A stretch of DNA of 62,658 nucleotides, filler included, from Chiloscyllium plagiosum (GCF_004010195.1; 5 parts of one record of this genome joined end to end with filler, not necessarily neighbours in it), one strand, 5' to 3'; shown: positions 27,973 to 41,656, counted from the first letter of the whole stretch. Made by a program: numbers and translations. The notes: generated by a model not told the origin, from the letters alone.

Positions 27973-28219
27973 GTAAAAACAATGACTGCAGATACTGGAA
28001 ATCAGATTCTGGAATAGAGTGGTGCTGGAAAAGCACAGCAGTTCAGGCAGCACATGAGGAGCAGGAAAATCGACGTTTTGGGTAAAAGCTCTTCATCAGG
28101 AATACAGGCAGAGTGCCTGTATTCCTGATTAAAGGCTTTTGCCCGAAATGTCGATTTTCCTGCTCCTTGGATGCTGCCTGAACTGCTGTCCTTTTACAGC
28201 ACCACTGTATTCCGGAGAC
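27973..28219. mobile_element. PLE fold-back insertion
   Basis: Arms centred on AGGAATACAGGCA-GAG-TGCCTGTATTCCT. TSD TGAAAGT(C/T)CTGG at 27961-27972 and 28220-28231. Confidence 0.85.
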
Positions 28220-28423
28220 TGAAAGTTCTGGTCAGAAACAGAGCACAGTTTGAAGTGGCCATTCATTCCTCAGCTCAGCGCTGTGCCCTCCCATTGTTTT
28301 TTCCATGGTCCAGTGAAATCGTTTAAATTTGTTTGTGGGAAAACTTCAGGAAATAAGAAACCGTGATAGAATTAATGTCAGATGGACAAATATGGGTTAA
28401 TTAAGGAGAGTCTGCATGGATTC

Positions 28424-30500
28424 AGAACATAGAACATAGAAAAGTACAGCACAGAATAGGTCCTGAGGCCCACGATGTTGTGTCGAGATTTAATCCTAAT
28501 GTCAAATATAGTAACTTAACCTATGCGCCCCTCAACTCACTGCTATCCGTGTGCATGTCCAGCAGTCACTTAAATGTCCCCACAGCTGGCAACGAATTCC
28601 ATGCATTCACAATTCTCTGCGTAAAGGACCTACCTCTGATGTCTCCTTTTATACCTTCCTCCTAATATCTTCAAACTGTGACTTCTCGTACCAGTCAATC
28701 CTGCCCTGGGGAAATGTTTCTGGCTATTGATTCTATCTATTCCTCTCATTATTTTATACACCTCGATCAGGTCTCCTCTCTTCCTCCTTCTCTCCAGAGA
28801 GAAAAGTCCAAGCTTATTCAATCTTTCTTCATAAGGCAAGCCCTCCAATCCAGGCAGTATCCGAGTAAACCTTCTTCCCACCCTCTCCAAAGCCTCTGTA
28901 TCTTTCCTATAGTCGGGTGACCAGAACTGGACACAATATTCCAAGTGTGGTTTCACCAGGGACTTGTAGAGCTGCAACAAAACCTCGCGACTCTTAAACT
29001 TGATTGCCCCTGTTAATGAAAGCCAAAACACCATATGCTTTCTTAACAACCCTATCCACTTGGGTGGCAACTTTGAGGGATCTATGTACTTGCACACCCA
29101 GATCCCTCTGTTCCTCCACACTGCCAAGAATCCTGTCTTTAATTCTATATTCAGCATTTGAGTTCAACCTTCCAAAATGCATCACTTTGCATTTATCCAG
29201 GTTGAACTCCTTCTGCCATTTCTCGGCCCAGTTCTGCATTCTGTCTATATCGCGCTGCAGTCTGCAGTAGCCCTCTATGCTATCGACAACACCTCCAACC
29301 TTTGGGTCATCTGCAAATTTACTAACCCACCCCACAATCTCCTCATCCAATTCATTTATAAAAACTACAAAGAGCAGAGGCCCAAGAACAGAGCCTGCGC
29401 CACCCTACTCAACACTGACCTCCAGGCAGAATACTTCCTATCTACAACCACTCTCTGCCTTCTGTCAGCCAACCAATTCTGAATCCAGATAGCCAAATCT
29501 TTCTATATCTCATACTTCCTGACTTTATGAATGAGCCTACCATGGGGAACCCTATCAAATGCCTTCCTGAAGTTCAAATACACCACATCCACTGCTCAAC
29601 CTTTGTTGACCGGTCTTGACACTTCCTCAAAGGACTCAATAAGATTTGTGAGGCATGACCTGCCCCTCACAAAGCCATGCTGACTACCTTTAATCACACT
29701 ATGCTTTGCCAAATAGTCATAAATCCTATTCCTCAGAATCTTTTCCAAACCTTTGCTGACCACAGACTTAAGATTGACTGGTCTGTAATTGCCAGGGATT
29801 TCCCTATTACCCTTCATGAAAAGAGGAACNNNNNNNNNNNNNNNNNNNNNNNNNNNNNNNNNNNNNNNNNNNNNNNNNNNNNNNNNNNNNNNNNNNNNNN
29901 NNNNNNNNNNNNNNNNNNNNNNNNNNNNNNNNNNNNNNNNNNNNNNNNNNNNNNNNNNNNNNNNNNNNNNNNNNNNNNNNNNNNNNNNNNNNNNNNNNNN
30001 NNNNNNNNNNNNNNNNNNNNNNNNNNNNNNNNNNNNNNNNNNNNNNNNNNNNNNNNNNNNNNNNNNNNNNNNNNNNNNNNNNNNNNNNNNNNNNNNNNNN
30101 NNNNNNNNNNNNNNNNNNNNNNNNNNNNNNNNNNNNNNNNNNNNNNNNNNNNNNNNNNNNNNNNNNNNNNNNNNNNNNNNNNNNNNNNNNNNNNNNNNNN
30201 NNNNNNNNNNNNNNNNNNNNNNNNNNNNNNNNNNNNNNNNNNNNNNNNNNNNNNNNNNNNNNNNNNNNNNNNNNNNNNNNNNNNNNNNNNNNNNNNNNNN
30301 NNNNNNNNNNNNNNNNNNNNNNNNNNNNNCCTGTACATCCTCTCAATTTCCCCTCAGCCTCCCGGATGATCCGTAGTTCATCCAGCTCCAGCTCCAGTTC
30401 CCTAACTTGGTTTTCGAGGAGCTGGAGTTGGATGCACTTCCCGCAGATGTAGTTGGCAGAGACATGTGAAGTGTCTCTCCCCTGCCACATTCTGCCACAT
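28424..30500 (-). mobile_element. CR1 LINE, same family as 9825-13990, 5' truncated within ORF1
   Basis: AGAACATAGAACATAGA tail; RT with KFADD; ORF1 MWQGRDTSHVSANYICGKC; contains a 500-N gap. Confidence 0.9.
29830..30329. other. assembly gap (500 N)
   Basis: Run of N. Confidence 0.99.
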
Positions 30501-31486
30501 TTCTTAAGGGAAAGTCAGTTATAACTAACTTTATTGGAGTCCTTTGATATGGTAACGAAGGAGGCTGATGAGGATAATACTGTTGATGTCATGTACATGG
30601 AATTCGAAATGGCGTTCCATACAATGCCACACAACTGACTTGTGAGAAAAGATCTAGCTCATCAAAGAAACATAAGCAATATAAATAAATATTGATTGAA
30701 TGATAAGAATCCAAGAGTGATGGCCTTTTGCAGGCCAGCATGTCTGTCGTTTAGTTCTTCAGAACTCAGTAGTGGGACTCTTGTTCTTCCAGATATATGT
30801 GAATAATTCTGACCTTGTTTTACAGGGAATAAATTCAAGGTTTGTAGATGATGCAAACTTGGAAACATTCTAACTGAAAGAAGGATATTTGTGAAAAGTT
30901 AAAATGGGGAGCAGCCAGATAGGTGGAGGATGAAGTTCAGTGTGAAGGTGTGTGTCCAACACTTGTGCAAAGATAATTAAGAGACAGTATAAAACAAAGG
31001 ATTACGGTTTTAAATGGTATATAGGAGTAGAGAGACATGGGTGTATATATACTTAAAATGTGAGAGGTGACAGAACAAGTGGAGAGCAGTTAATAAAGCA
31101 TAGCGTACTTGAAACTTTATTAATAAGGGCATACAGTGCAAAATTAAGGTTATGCTGAATTTGTACAAGACACTAATCACACCTTAGGTAGAGTACTGTG
31201 TACAGTTATGGATATCACATAATGGGTTGTGATTGTATTACAGAGAGTGCAGAAGGTGTCTATGAGAATGACTCCAAAGTTTGAAAGCTTCCAAAGTTGG
31301 GTCGGTGGGATTATTTCCTTGGAGAGGAGAAGGCTGAGGAAAGATTTGATCGAAGTTTTCACAATCATGAAAGGGCTGGATAGATTAGATAGAAATAAAT
31401 TATTCCAATTCATAAAATGGTAAAGAATTAGAGGGCATAGTTTTAAAGTTTACAAAAGAGGGAAATACAAAGTCAGAAAAGGACTT

Positions 31487-31850
31487 CCTCGTGGGTCTGC
31501 TCCTGGACCGGGCCTGGACTTGGCCAATTGCCTGCCCCTCTTCCTTGGGTATGTAGAGCCCAGGTGTCCACCAACACCCTCAAGATTTTCATGGAAAGGT
31601 GGACACCACAGGGAGTGGAGTGTATTATTCCCCCCGCCCTCCCTCGAACTCTATTATGATTTAATCCCTGTCCCCACCTTCACTGTTTGATCACACAGCA
31701 TTGCCCTTTGATGTGAAGGACACTACTTGGGTGTTTCCTTTCTTCCTGGTAGGTGGAAATTGAATAAAGATTTATACACCTGTTGTCTTTCACTCTGTCT
31801 CACACCTGCACACACACAGCATGGGTGCTGAAAATAATAAAAAAAAATAA
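31487..31850 (+). mobile_element. Tx1/L1-clade LINE 3' end
   Basis: Homologous to 32230-32660; AATAAA and A-rich tail. Confidence 0.65.
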
Positions 31851-31895
31851 CCAGGAGATTTAGAATCTCCTAACAAAAACAAATTTATACTCAGG

Positions 31896-32705
31896 GGATC
31901 ATCCCGTGTCCATTTGCCACCAGGCAGTGGGGATCCCCATTGGAGGGCTCTCTACCCGGGAGTCCTCCCACTTTCTCTCAGGGATCTGGGGTGGAGGGTG
32001 CTGCACGCAGCTGTCCCCTGCAACCGCAGGTTGTGATGGTTCATGGACTCCCAGCCCAACTGCTTGTTCTGTGGTGCTGGGAGTCCGTGGACCATATATA
32101 AATGGGGTGTGGGCATCTGCACTCCCTTTTTGGCTTCCTTAAGGATCTTCTTTTATAGTTTTGGTTGCACTTCAGCCCCATCCTCCTGATCTTTGGACAC
32201 CCGGTGCAGAGGGGGGAGAGTAGATCAGAGGAAATCCTCATGGGTCTGCTCCTGGGCCTGGCCAAACTGGCCATAAACAGGTCCAGACAGCAGGCCATGG
32301 AGAGGGTTGTTAGGGTCGATTGCCTGACCCTGTTCCATGGCTATGTCCGAGCCTGTGTGTTCCTGGAAAAGGAGCTTGCGGTGTCCACCAACATACTCGA
32401 GATTTTCAGGAGAGGTGGGCACCGTCGGATGTGGAGGGTTTTATTTCCCTCTCCAACTCTATTTGATTTGATCCCTGCCCTCCCCTTCACTTTTTTAAAC
32501 ACGCAGCATTGCCCTTTGTTGAGAAGGGCATTGCTTCTCCCTGGCCACTTGGATGTTTCCTTTCTTCCTGGTAGTGGAATATGAATAAGGTATTCTGCAC
32601 TTGTTGTTTTTTCACTGTGTCCTACACCTGTTCACACATGGCATGGTGCTGGGGAAAATAAGCACTGCCGCTGCTTGGTAGTAGTGTGGGGTAGAAAAAA
32701 AGGAA
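31896..32705 (+). mobile_element. Tx1/L1-clade LINE 3' end (ORF2 C-terminus + 3'UTR)
   Basis: LHFSPILLIFGHP..LLLGLAKLAINRSRQQA..FHGYVRA. Confidence 0.7.
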
Positions 32706-32719
32706 ACCAGGAAGTATAT

Positions 32720-33015
32720 AACCAGGGGATTAGAAACTCCTCAGTTCAGGGACTGACTTCAAGCTGACTGACCATAGCAAGTGTATTACTGTTCTTTTTT
32801 GAGAGATTTCTGAGCTGACTGACCACACAGTGTGTTACTGTTCCATTTTAATTCACATTAGGGAATTGTTGTTTTGTTATTTCACTTAAAACAAAAACCA
32901 GGGGAATTAGAATCTCTTCAGTTCAGGGAGAGACTCTGAGCTGGCCAGTGTATTGTGTACATGTAAATAAAGAGTGACTTGGTGAGGGGATACTGACCTC
33001 TGTACAGTTATTTCA
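32720..33015 (+). repeat. probable 5' LTR (3' part) of the Gypsy element
   Basis: AATAAA, then ends TTTCA immediately before PBS-like TGGCGACCGG at 33017. The 5' boundary is uncertain. Confidence 0.6.
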
Positions 33016-34649
33016 GTGGCGACCGGAGAAAACAGGATGTGCCTGAAGAACATTCGCTTGCAACAGTCATCTTGGAGTTAGAGTAAGCATTTATAATGTC
33101 ATGCCTTTATTTGGGAAGCTTGACCCATTCGATCTTACTGTCGGAGACTTGACCCAGTCTGTTGAAAGATTGCGATACCTTTTTCAGGCAAATGAAAAGC
33201 AATGAGTAATCCTTTTGACTACATGTGGGCCTGCAGCATTTTCAGTTATTAGGGGCTTAACTTTCCCAGAGACACCAGACACTAAAACCTTCCAAGAGTT
33301 GACAGAGTTGGTTAAGGAATGTTATGACCCCAAACCACCTCCTGATGGTAGTAAAAGGATCAGGCCCAAGCCTACTGGGGCAGAATTGGTTGAAAAAGAT
33401 TCACCTGGATTGGCTCAACATTTTTCAATTGGAAAATGGCTGCCTCAGTGATGTCCAAGTGAAATACCAAGTGAAATACCCAAGAGTATTTCAGGAAAGG
33501 CTTGGGACTATCAAAGGGGCCAAAGCCATTTTACATGTTGACTAGGACACAATTCTGAGATTTTGCAAGGCCCACCCAGTGCCAGTTGCCTTGCAGGCAA
33601 AAGTAGAGGTGGAAATCCGGAGGCTGGAGTGCAAAGGAATCATCAAATCAGTGAAGCTTGCAGAATTGGCCGGACCAGTTGTACTTATTGTGAAGCCTGA
33701 TGGCTCAGATCACCTTTGTGGGGATTTTAAGCAAAATGTAAACTACTTCTCGCAGCTGGATAGATACCCAATCCCCCGCTTTCAGGATTTGCACACAAAG
33801 TTGGCAAGGGGCCTGCCCTTTACAAAGCAGGACATGCCTACCTGTAATTGCAACTGGATGAGGAGTCCCAGAAGTATGCCACAATTAACACCCATAACAG
33901 TTTATATGAATTATCAAGAGTGCCATTTAGGGTATCATCAGCCTACACTCGTTTCAGCGAACCCTGGAGAACATTTTGCAAGGGCTAACCAAGATTGCCA
34001 TTTATCTGGATGATGTATTGATAACAGGGAAGATCAATAAAGAGCACTTGGAGAACTTGAACATAATGCTTCAATGTTTCTCCCAGGTGGGCATTGCCTT
34101 ATATGTAAAACCTGTGTGTTCCAGGTGCCCAGGGACCTACTTGGGTTACAGAGTTGATAAAACTGGGTTACAACTGTTGGAAAAGAAATTAAGGGTGATC
34201 AAGGAGCCCCGGCTCCCCCGTCTGTACCAGAGCGTAGGCCTTTCCTTGGGTAAGTCATTTATTATGGAAAATTCATATGTAACTTGCCTGCATTTTGGCA
34301 CCCTTACACCTGCCATTAAAAAAGGGTCAGCCTTGGAAATGGTTGCATAGCCAAGATGCAGCCTTTAGGGAAGTGGAAAGGCAGCTATCGCCATCTACAA
34401 TCCGAAACGAAAGGTGGTGCTCACATTCGATGCATCCCCGTAAAGTGTCGGGATAGTGTTGCCTCACTGGCAGCCCAATGGAGAGGAATGCCCAATGGTG
34501 TGTGCTTCCCAGGCTTTGGCTGATGCCAAACGCAAACATGCCCGGATCGAGAATGAATGTTTGGCAGTCATCTTTGTTGTGAGGAAGTTCCACCAGTACC
34601 TTCACGGACGAGAATTTAGTATAGTCACCGATTGCAAATCCCTACTAGG
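33016..34649 (+). mobile_element. Ty3/Gypsy LTR retrotransposon internal region, deleted and truncated
   Basis: gag MPLFGKLDPFD (33101); GPSLLGQNWL; RT KPDGS..LCGDFK and YLDDVLITG; RNase H DAS..ECLAVIFVVRKFHQYLHG..VTDCKSL. Confidence 0.9.
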
Positions 34650-34914
34650 CAACTCCCAGGTCATTTTCTCTGCCCTGAAGCTCTTCAACCATGTCCTGAA
34701 ACAAACCCGCTACTACAGCCACATTTGCTTCCTCAGTGCCTGCCTCCGTAACCAACTCATCCCACACGGACTCCAGATTCTGGATCAGTGGTGCTGGAAG
34801 AGCACAGCAATTCAGGCAGCATCCGTGGACAGGCAAAATCGACGCTTCGGGCAAAAGCCCTTCATCAGGAATAAAGGCAGAGAGCCTGAAGCATGGAGAG
34901 ATAAGCTATAGGAG
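34650..34914. mobile_element. PLE fragment: ORF N-terminus (+) joined to an inverted pseudo-LTR (-)
   Basis: NSQVIFSALKLFNHVLKQTRY matches 45480-45549, followed by the reverse complement of 45247-45345. Confidence 0.8.
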
Positions 34915-36632
34915 NNNNNNNNNNNNNNNNNNNNNNNNNNNNNNNNNNNNNNNNNNNNTTAATTAATTAANNNNNNNNNNNNNNNNNNNNNNNNNNNNNN
35001 NNNNNNNNNNNNNNTGGTTGACATTACCACATTTAAATTGCATAGCTTTGAGAAAGGAATTTCAGATAAAGATATTTAGCTTACATACACAGCAGCCGTA
35101 CAGGATAATCTTAGAGCTCTAATTAATTTCAGAACAGATCCTTATGGTAAAATTTAATCATGTAAAATTATAAGTACCATGTGGTACAAATCATGCGCAA
35201 AATTACTGTTTGAAAATAAAATCCTACGCGTAATAAAATAATTTTATATTCATAGCACAAATAGCCAATTTACTAATTTTCTTTTTATTCCCACTAAAGC
35301 ATTACTGATAATTTTCATACAAAATTCCTGATAATATATCATGAGAAAATAGACTAATGCATAATTCAAGGAACTTTGGGCACATGAGAGTACAGTCTTG
35401 TTCAACTAATTAGAGGCAGGGTAAGTGAAGAATAAGACTGAAGGTCAAGGCCATCAATCATCAAGCAGATCCTTAGTTTGGCAAAACAGTACATGTGGAA
35501 TCCATTACTGTTATCTTATGGGAAGGAGACTTATTTTTCAGTTAATATTGCAACAACTAAAAATAAACAAAGAATTGTTTACACAGTTCTGTCACAACTA
35601 CAGATCAATATAAAATTATACCACATTATAACATTAATTTCACATTTAAGGGTATTTTAAATTAGATTGAAGTCTTCAAATTCCATCAGTATATTGCTCC
35701 AGTGGATGATTTCACTTTGTTATTAATTACACAAACATTGAATAATGAAGCTGCCAACAGCCAGAAAATATTTGAAGATATAAATTAAGCAAAAGATAAA
35801 ATTGATGATGTGGTAAATTTAACTTATAGTTACAAAACTTGTGCATTTAAAATCTTTTTTTTTTGGCATCAAATAACCAAGCAATTTATACTCAACAAAG
35901 GCACTTGTGCAAACATTAATCCAAATTTTGCTGGAGTGGGCATCTTAAGGTGTAACGCATTAGTTAATCTTAGAACAGCATATTTAGGCTTTCAACATAT
36001 TTGCTCACAATTTTGTTGAGACAGCTGATAACATGCTGAATGAGTTGGGTAAAGAAAAATTAGTGAATAAAATGTATTTGGATTTCCAAATGGCATTTAT
36101 TTAAATGCCACATGAAAGGCGACTCTACAAGATAAGAGCTCATGGTTTTGGCACAATGTATCAGAGAGAGTTTAGTGACAAGCTAACAGAAAATAAGAAG
36201 GTAAATAGACCATTTTCAGATTGGCAAATTGTAACTAAAGTGCTGTAAAGTGATAGGGACTCAACCATGTATAGAGTCATAGAGATATACAGCGTGCAAA
36301 CAGAGCCTTCAGTCCAGCTCATCCATGCTGACCAAGGGAGTGTATTGCACCTACATTTGCTGACAATAACACAGATAGATTGGGAAGGAAATTGTATGGA
36401 TGATACCAAACGTCTGTAAAGGGATGTACTTAGGTTAAGTCAGTGTTGGCAGATTTGGCATAATTTGGAAAAAAATGTGAAGTTATCCACAATAGCAGGA
36501 AGAAAATGAAAACAAAATACTATTTAAAGGAGTGAAAGTACAGAATGCTGCTATAGAGATTTCAGTGACCTCCGACAGGAAACCCATGAAGACACAGAAG
36601 AGTGTTTAGAAAGGCAAAAGGTTAGTTGACTT

Positions 36633-36915
36633 TTAGATTAGATTAGATTACTTACAGTGTGGAAACAGGCCCTTCGGCCCAACAAGTCCACACCGCCCCG
36701 CCGAAGCGCAACCCACCCATACCCCTACATTTACCCCTTACCTAACANNNNNNNNNNNACCGGAGCACCGGGAGGAAACCCACGCAGACACGGGGAGAAC
36801 GTGCAAACTCCACACAGTCGCCTGAGGCGGGAATTGAACCCGGGTCTCTGGCGCTGCGAGGCAGCAGTGCTAACCACTGTGCCACCGTGCCGCCCACGGC
36901 GCCCACCGTGCCACC
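36633..36915 (-). mobile_element. HE1-type SINE, young, with an 11-N gap
   Basis: (TTAGA)n tail; tRNA-like head GGCACGGTGGCACAGTGGTTAGC on the minus strand. Confidence 0.92.
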
Positions 36916-37286
36916 CAAGAGAAATGGAGTATAACAGGAGGGGAACCTTGTTGTAACTTTACAAGGCACTTGTGAGACTACACATAGTTTGCTGCATACT
37001 ATTTTGGTCTCCTGACTTAAAGTTAGATAGCAGTATCAAAAACTATTCAGAACAGGTTGACAACGTTGTTTCCAGGGATAAAAAGATTGTCTTATGAAGA
37101 AAGTTGAACAAGTTGTGCCACTACCAATTGGATTTTGGAGGATTAAGCATCTTACTGAACAGTGTTAGTCTTTGAGGGGGACTTTAAAATATGTTAATTG
37201 AATGTTTTTCTTGAAGGAGAATCTGGACTTGAGGCACTGTTTCAGGAGTAGCCCATTTAAGATTGAGATGAGGAAGAATGCTAATA

Positions 37287-37953
37287 CAGAGGAACCTCAA
37301 TTATCCAAATGTCGGATTATCTGAAGAAGATTTCAAGGTCCTACAAAAATGTTATGTTAAAGAGGTAAGTGTAGTCGGATTACCTGTACTGAAGGAGATG
37401 TGAAAACCCTGGCAAAAACAAAGAAACACAAGCAGCTCAAGCATCAGCAAATGGATTTTTTTAGGTAACAGTTAGTTACGCAGCCCTGTGCAAAAGTAAG
37501 TGTTTTACAGTATTCCTGTCACTTTACTGGGCCATTCATGAAACAAATGGCAGAGAAAGTAAACAGATGTGTGAGACGATGGTGGTCTTTCTATCATGGG
37601 ACTGAGTTTCCAGAAACTGACAAATGTTGTTGTAATCGTAGAAGCTGTTCGGGATCTTGTTTAATGCCATCTTCGCTATCTTCACCATTCCTTGCCAAAT
37701 GCTAACTACGGCACTGCTGCATTTTTAAAAAGTTTTCTTGTGTTATTCTTGCTTTATTTTGTTCATCATGTAAAATCTCCGCCCTCTTGCGCTCGATACA
37801 TTAAAAGTATAGATTTAGACAAATTCTCCGGTAGAGCACAGTGTTGGATCAGCATGACTTCCCTTGTTTAAGATAAAATCGATTATCCAAATAATCAATT
37901 ATGTGAACAAAATAATGCCTGCCCATCTCGTTCAGATAATTAAGGTTCCTCTA
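37287..37953. mobile_element. non-autonomous Tc1/mariner (Tigger/pogo-like) DNA transposon
   Basis: TIR AGAGGAACCT(C/T)AATTATC at 37288-37305 and 37935-37952 (17/18); TA on the left flank; internal GATTATC repeats. Confidence 0.7.
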
Positions 37954-40218
37954 TTGAAATTCTCTACTCCAGAGAGATGTATAGGCCGAGTTATTGACAA
38001 TATTCAAGAATGAGATTGACAGATTCTTGAGCCATGGTGGAAGTAAAGGGCTATGGGGCTTTGACAGAAAGTGGAACTCAGGCCATGATCAGACCAGCTG
38101 AATGGTTGAGACATTGGAATGAGCTCTATGGTCTACTCCTGCTCCAATTTCTTATGTCATAATAAATAAAGGGAAGAATGAGAAGGACAGAAAAGTAGAG
38201 TGGATGAAGTCAATGCCAAATCAAACTTATGAAGATCAGGAAAGGGGGGGAAAGCAACATTAATCTTTAAAACACAGACAAAAGAAAGAAAACATGCGAC
38301 AATTAAATTGAATTTTTAAAAAATCTCCAGCAACAATTTGCAATTTAAATAAGTCAGACTCCATGCTTTATATAATCATCTTCTTCCTGGAAAGGGAATT
38401 GTTGGCAATCGTTACCCAATTAATATCATGATAATTGTTATTTGTCCTCTTAATTAGTGGAGTTAACCTGGTGTTAAAAATGTGGGTTGGCAAATAATGC
38501 ACAATTCCATGCATTTCATGCAGAGGTTAAAGACGGATGAACTTTCACAAAACCAATGATGCAGTGCAGATAAATTGTCCAGCAACTTATGGTGAGTCCG
38601 AATTCGCTGAGTCTCTCTTTCACTCTGCATTTCTCTGTCATTTTTGTGCATTATTCACCAGTTTTTCTGCAATAGTTTCTTCTTATAATTCAGTAAGAAT
38701 TTTTAAACTACATTTGCTGCAAGGTTGGCAATACTGCTTTTGGTTTTAAATACTTAAATCAGTCTCCAAACATCAAAGTCTTGTGGAAACGATATCCCCA
38801 GTGACTTTGGAAAAGGTAGACAATTAAAATGAATCAACTGCGTGGTCCCTTTCACCTGTTGTATGTCAGATAAAGATTTACCAAACATTTCTGAAGTTAG
38901 TCATGAATTCTAAGCCAAAATTTATGAATTGTAATCAGCATGGATTGGAATATCTTTAAATTTTAATCCACCAAATTCAGTACAAGAGTGTAAAAATGGG
39001 AATAGTTCAAGATTCAAGTAATTTTCTTTGTCACAATTTACAAAATGTATGATTAGTTGCAGTTTAATTTTCAAATATAATTAGGTTATATACATTTCAA
39101 TATTCTGCAGTTCTACAAAATAAATTTAATCTGTATCTGAACATAAATTTATATACAAGCTGTGCAAGTACCATTAAGACTGTATGTAATGTAGTGTTGT
39201 GAGACTGAATTTTGTATAACAATGTAGATTGCTGAGAATATTCAACAATGCTTTGCCCTGAAGGCATACTATAGTCCTTTCATTGTAGATTCTGTGTTCA
39301 TTGAAGGAGACTCATTCTTTGACCAAATTTCAAAACATATGTTGATCAGAGAGAAATTGGTGCAGAAAGGGTGATGTTATGTTTTGTGACAGCCATTTAT
39401 CTAATTAGAATATTTACACAAATAACGTGTGAATTTCTATGAGTACTAGGGGGACAGGATAATTAAAAACTGCCAACTACTATTTGAAAACAACTTGGCA
39501 TAAATGGTGAAACATGTAATACATTATTTGTATAGTGAAATATCACACAAGTATGCACTATGTTTCCATGCTCCTATATAATCTGAAGTTAACAGAGATA
39601 AACTTTAACTTCCTCAGGGATTCAAAATGGGCAATAGTGGATGTACCACGCTCAGCTTTCCTCTATATTCCTCTCATTTAGACACAGTAGGCAGAACAGA
39701 ATTCTGCAGGCAGATTTCATCTCCAGCAATAACTCAACTGGCATCTAATATCTTAAGTTCTCCTTGTGTCTGTCCTCAAAAGGTACTGCCTCACAGCACC
39801 TTAGCCAAGTGTCACTTTCTGCTTGCCTTTCCACTTGGTTATTGTCTATTCTTGCTCTCATGTTTTGGGGGGTGCTGAATGTTTTTGAATAGCAATGACC
39901 TCCTCATTTCTTTAATCCACTGCCAATGGTGCCACATCAGCCATCTCTGATGCATATATTTCATATAGAATAACATATAGAACAATTGCATGGAATTTGA
40001 TTTGGCCTTTACACTTGTTTGTGAACTCCTGACTGTACAGCCAAGATAAATTATATTCATATATGTATAGTTGTGTACGCAATAGCCCCGAATTGATTTC
40101 TAACTGAATGGGCTATGCATATGATTGAACCACTTTCACAAATTATAAACAGCAAGATGAGAATGTTAAATCAGTTTTGATCAGAGCAGATAAAATGTTA
40201 AACTTTGTTTTTTGTACA

Positions 40219-40433
40219 TTAGCTAACAAAAACATTAGCATCTGTATAGGCTGAAAGATCAGTTTCAAAGAAGTCCTCCAGTTTCCACTGCAAAGTTTCA
40301 AATGTTGGTCTTTCAAAATCTTTGTCTTTCCAGCAATCTACCATGATTTCATACAATGCAGGGGGGCATTCCGAAGGGCATGGCATTCTGTATCCTCTCC
40401 CCAGTTCCTGAATAACTTGGTAATTTGACATTC
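40219..40433 (-). CDS. FRK: tyrosine-protein kinase FRK, last coding exon
   Basis: (G)MSNYQVIQELGRGYRMPCP..CW..ERPTFETLQWKLEDFFETDLSAYTDANVFVS*. Acceptor tctttag, phase 1. Matches the FRK C-terminus including the regulatory Tyr. Confidence 0.92.
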
Positions 40434-40818
40434 CTAAAGAAAAGAAATATTTACCACTTTTTGCAAAAATGCTATTGTTCCTCAAATTTCAAAAAGTTAC
40501 ATTTTAATTATTTTACAATCAAGATACAAATAAAATCACTCTCAGAAGAACTCCATAATAACTCAATCTGGTAGATCAATAAATTCCCAATTCAACCAGT
40601 TCCCAAATGTGTATGCCACTTATGTTCAGTCTGTTCTCAGCAATAATTTATAGTTTTCATGAAATTCATCATTTGTTTGAATTATAATGATGTACACCTA
40701 AATAAGTTATACTTCAGCCTGTAACTTTGACTTTTATTGTCTTTCTTTTCCACAGAGATTAAATAAAAATGCAGTATCAGTATCAGTGATCATAAATGTG
40801 CCCAGATGTGATAAACTA

Positions 40819-40986
<168 letters not shown>

Positions 40987-41656
40987 CTAATGGAGTTAAA
41001 GGAGATAAAATTAAAAATTGTTTAAATGATGTAGTTAAAATTACTTCAGTAAAATTGCATACAGTTAAATGGAAACCACTTAAAACAAACAGAACCTCAA
41101 ATAGAAACATATGATTAAAAACACACAGTATATAAACATTGAACAAGTGGTAACTTTCCAAGTTTTACTTTTGAATGGGTCTCTTTAATTTCCATATTTT
41201 GCAAAAGGTAAACCAACAATTGTTTTTCAATGTTGTGAAGGAATGTTTGATAAGATTTACATTCCACGAACTGACAGATGCCTGTTCAAACTTAAATTAC
41301 ATCACTTACACCAGCCTAAGAATGACAGAGAAGCAAATCAGCCATTAAAACAACTTCTGGATATCATTGCTGTCACAGGTTTAAGCCCAACAAGCATCTC
41401 TCAGAGATATTAGCTCTGAAAGAAAGATAATTTCTTTCATTTGCTTTAACTTCACTGTTAGTACAGGGAAATGTACAAGCTGCCCATCTTGTTTAAGTAG
41501 GATATAATTTTTTTTTAAATCTAAGCTATTAATTACATTTGTTTGAATAGTAGTGAAAACAGACTATCAATATCCAACTTCCATCATTTGATTTTAATTG
41601 ACTAAAAGTGGTTTTAAAAGGATACTACTGACTTTAAATGGTGACCGTGGTTATTA

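Larger units (their letters stand above)
28335..31470 (+). mobile_element. old CR1 RT fragment split by a younger antisense CR1
   Basis: ..DKYGLIKESLHGF ends at ~28423 and resumes at ~30503 (LKGKS..VDVMYMEFEMAF), continuing to RRRLRKDLIEVFTIMKG. Confidence 0.75.
36030..38160 (+). mobile_element. old CR1 RT/3' region with nested insertions
   Basis: YLDFQMAF, FADN, LYKALVRLH remnants and a 3' UTR ending CTACTCCTGCTCC; interrupted by a SINE and a MITE. Confidence 0.65.

Noticed and set aside
29677..30490. Long ORFs with X runs
   Set aside because: Artefacts of translating through the 500-N gap.
38900..40218. FRK 3'UTR end / poly(A) site
   Set aside because: Several ATTAAA-type hexamers lie on the minus strand (~38960-39130), but none can be singled out without transcript data.
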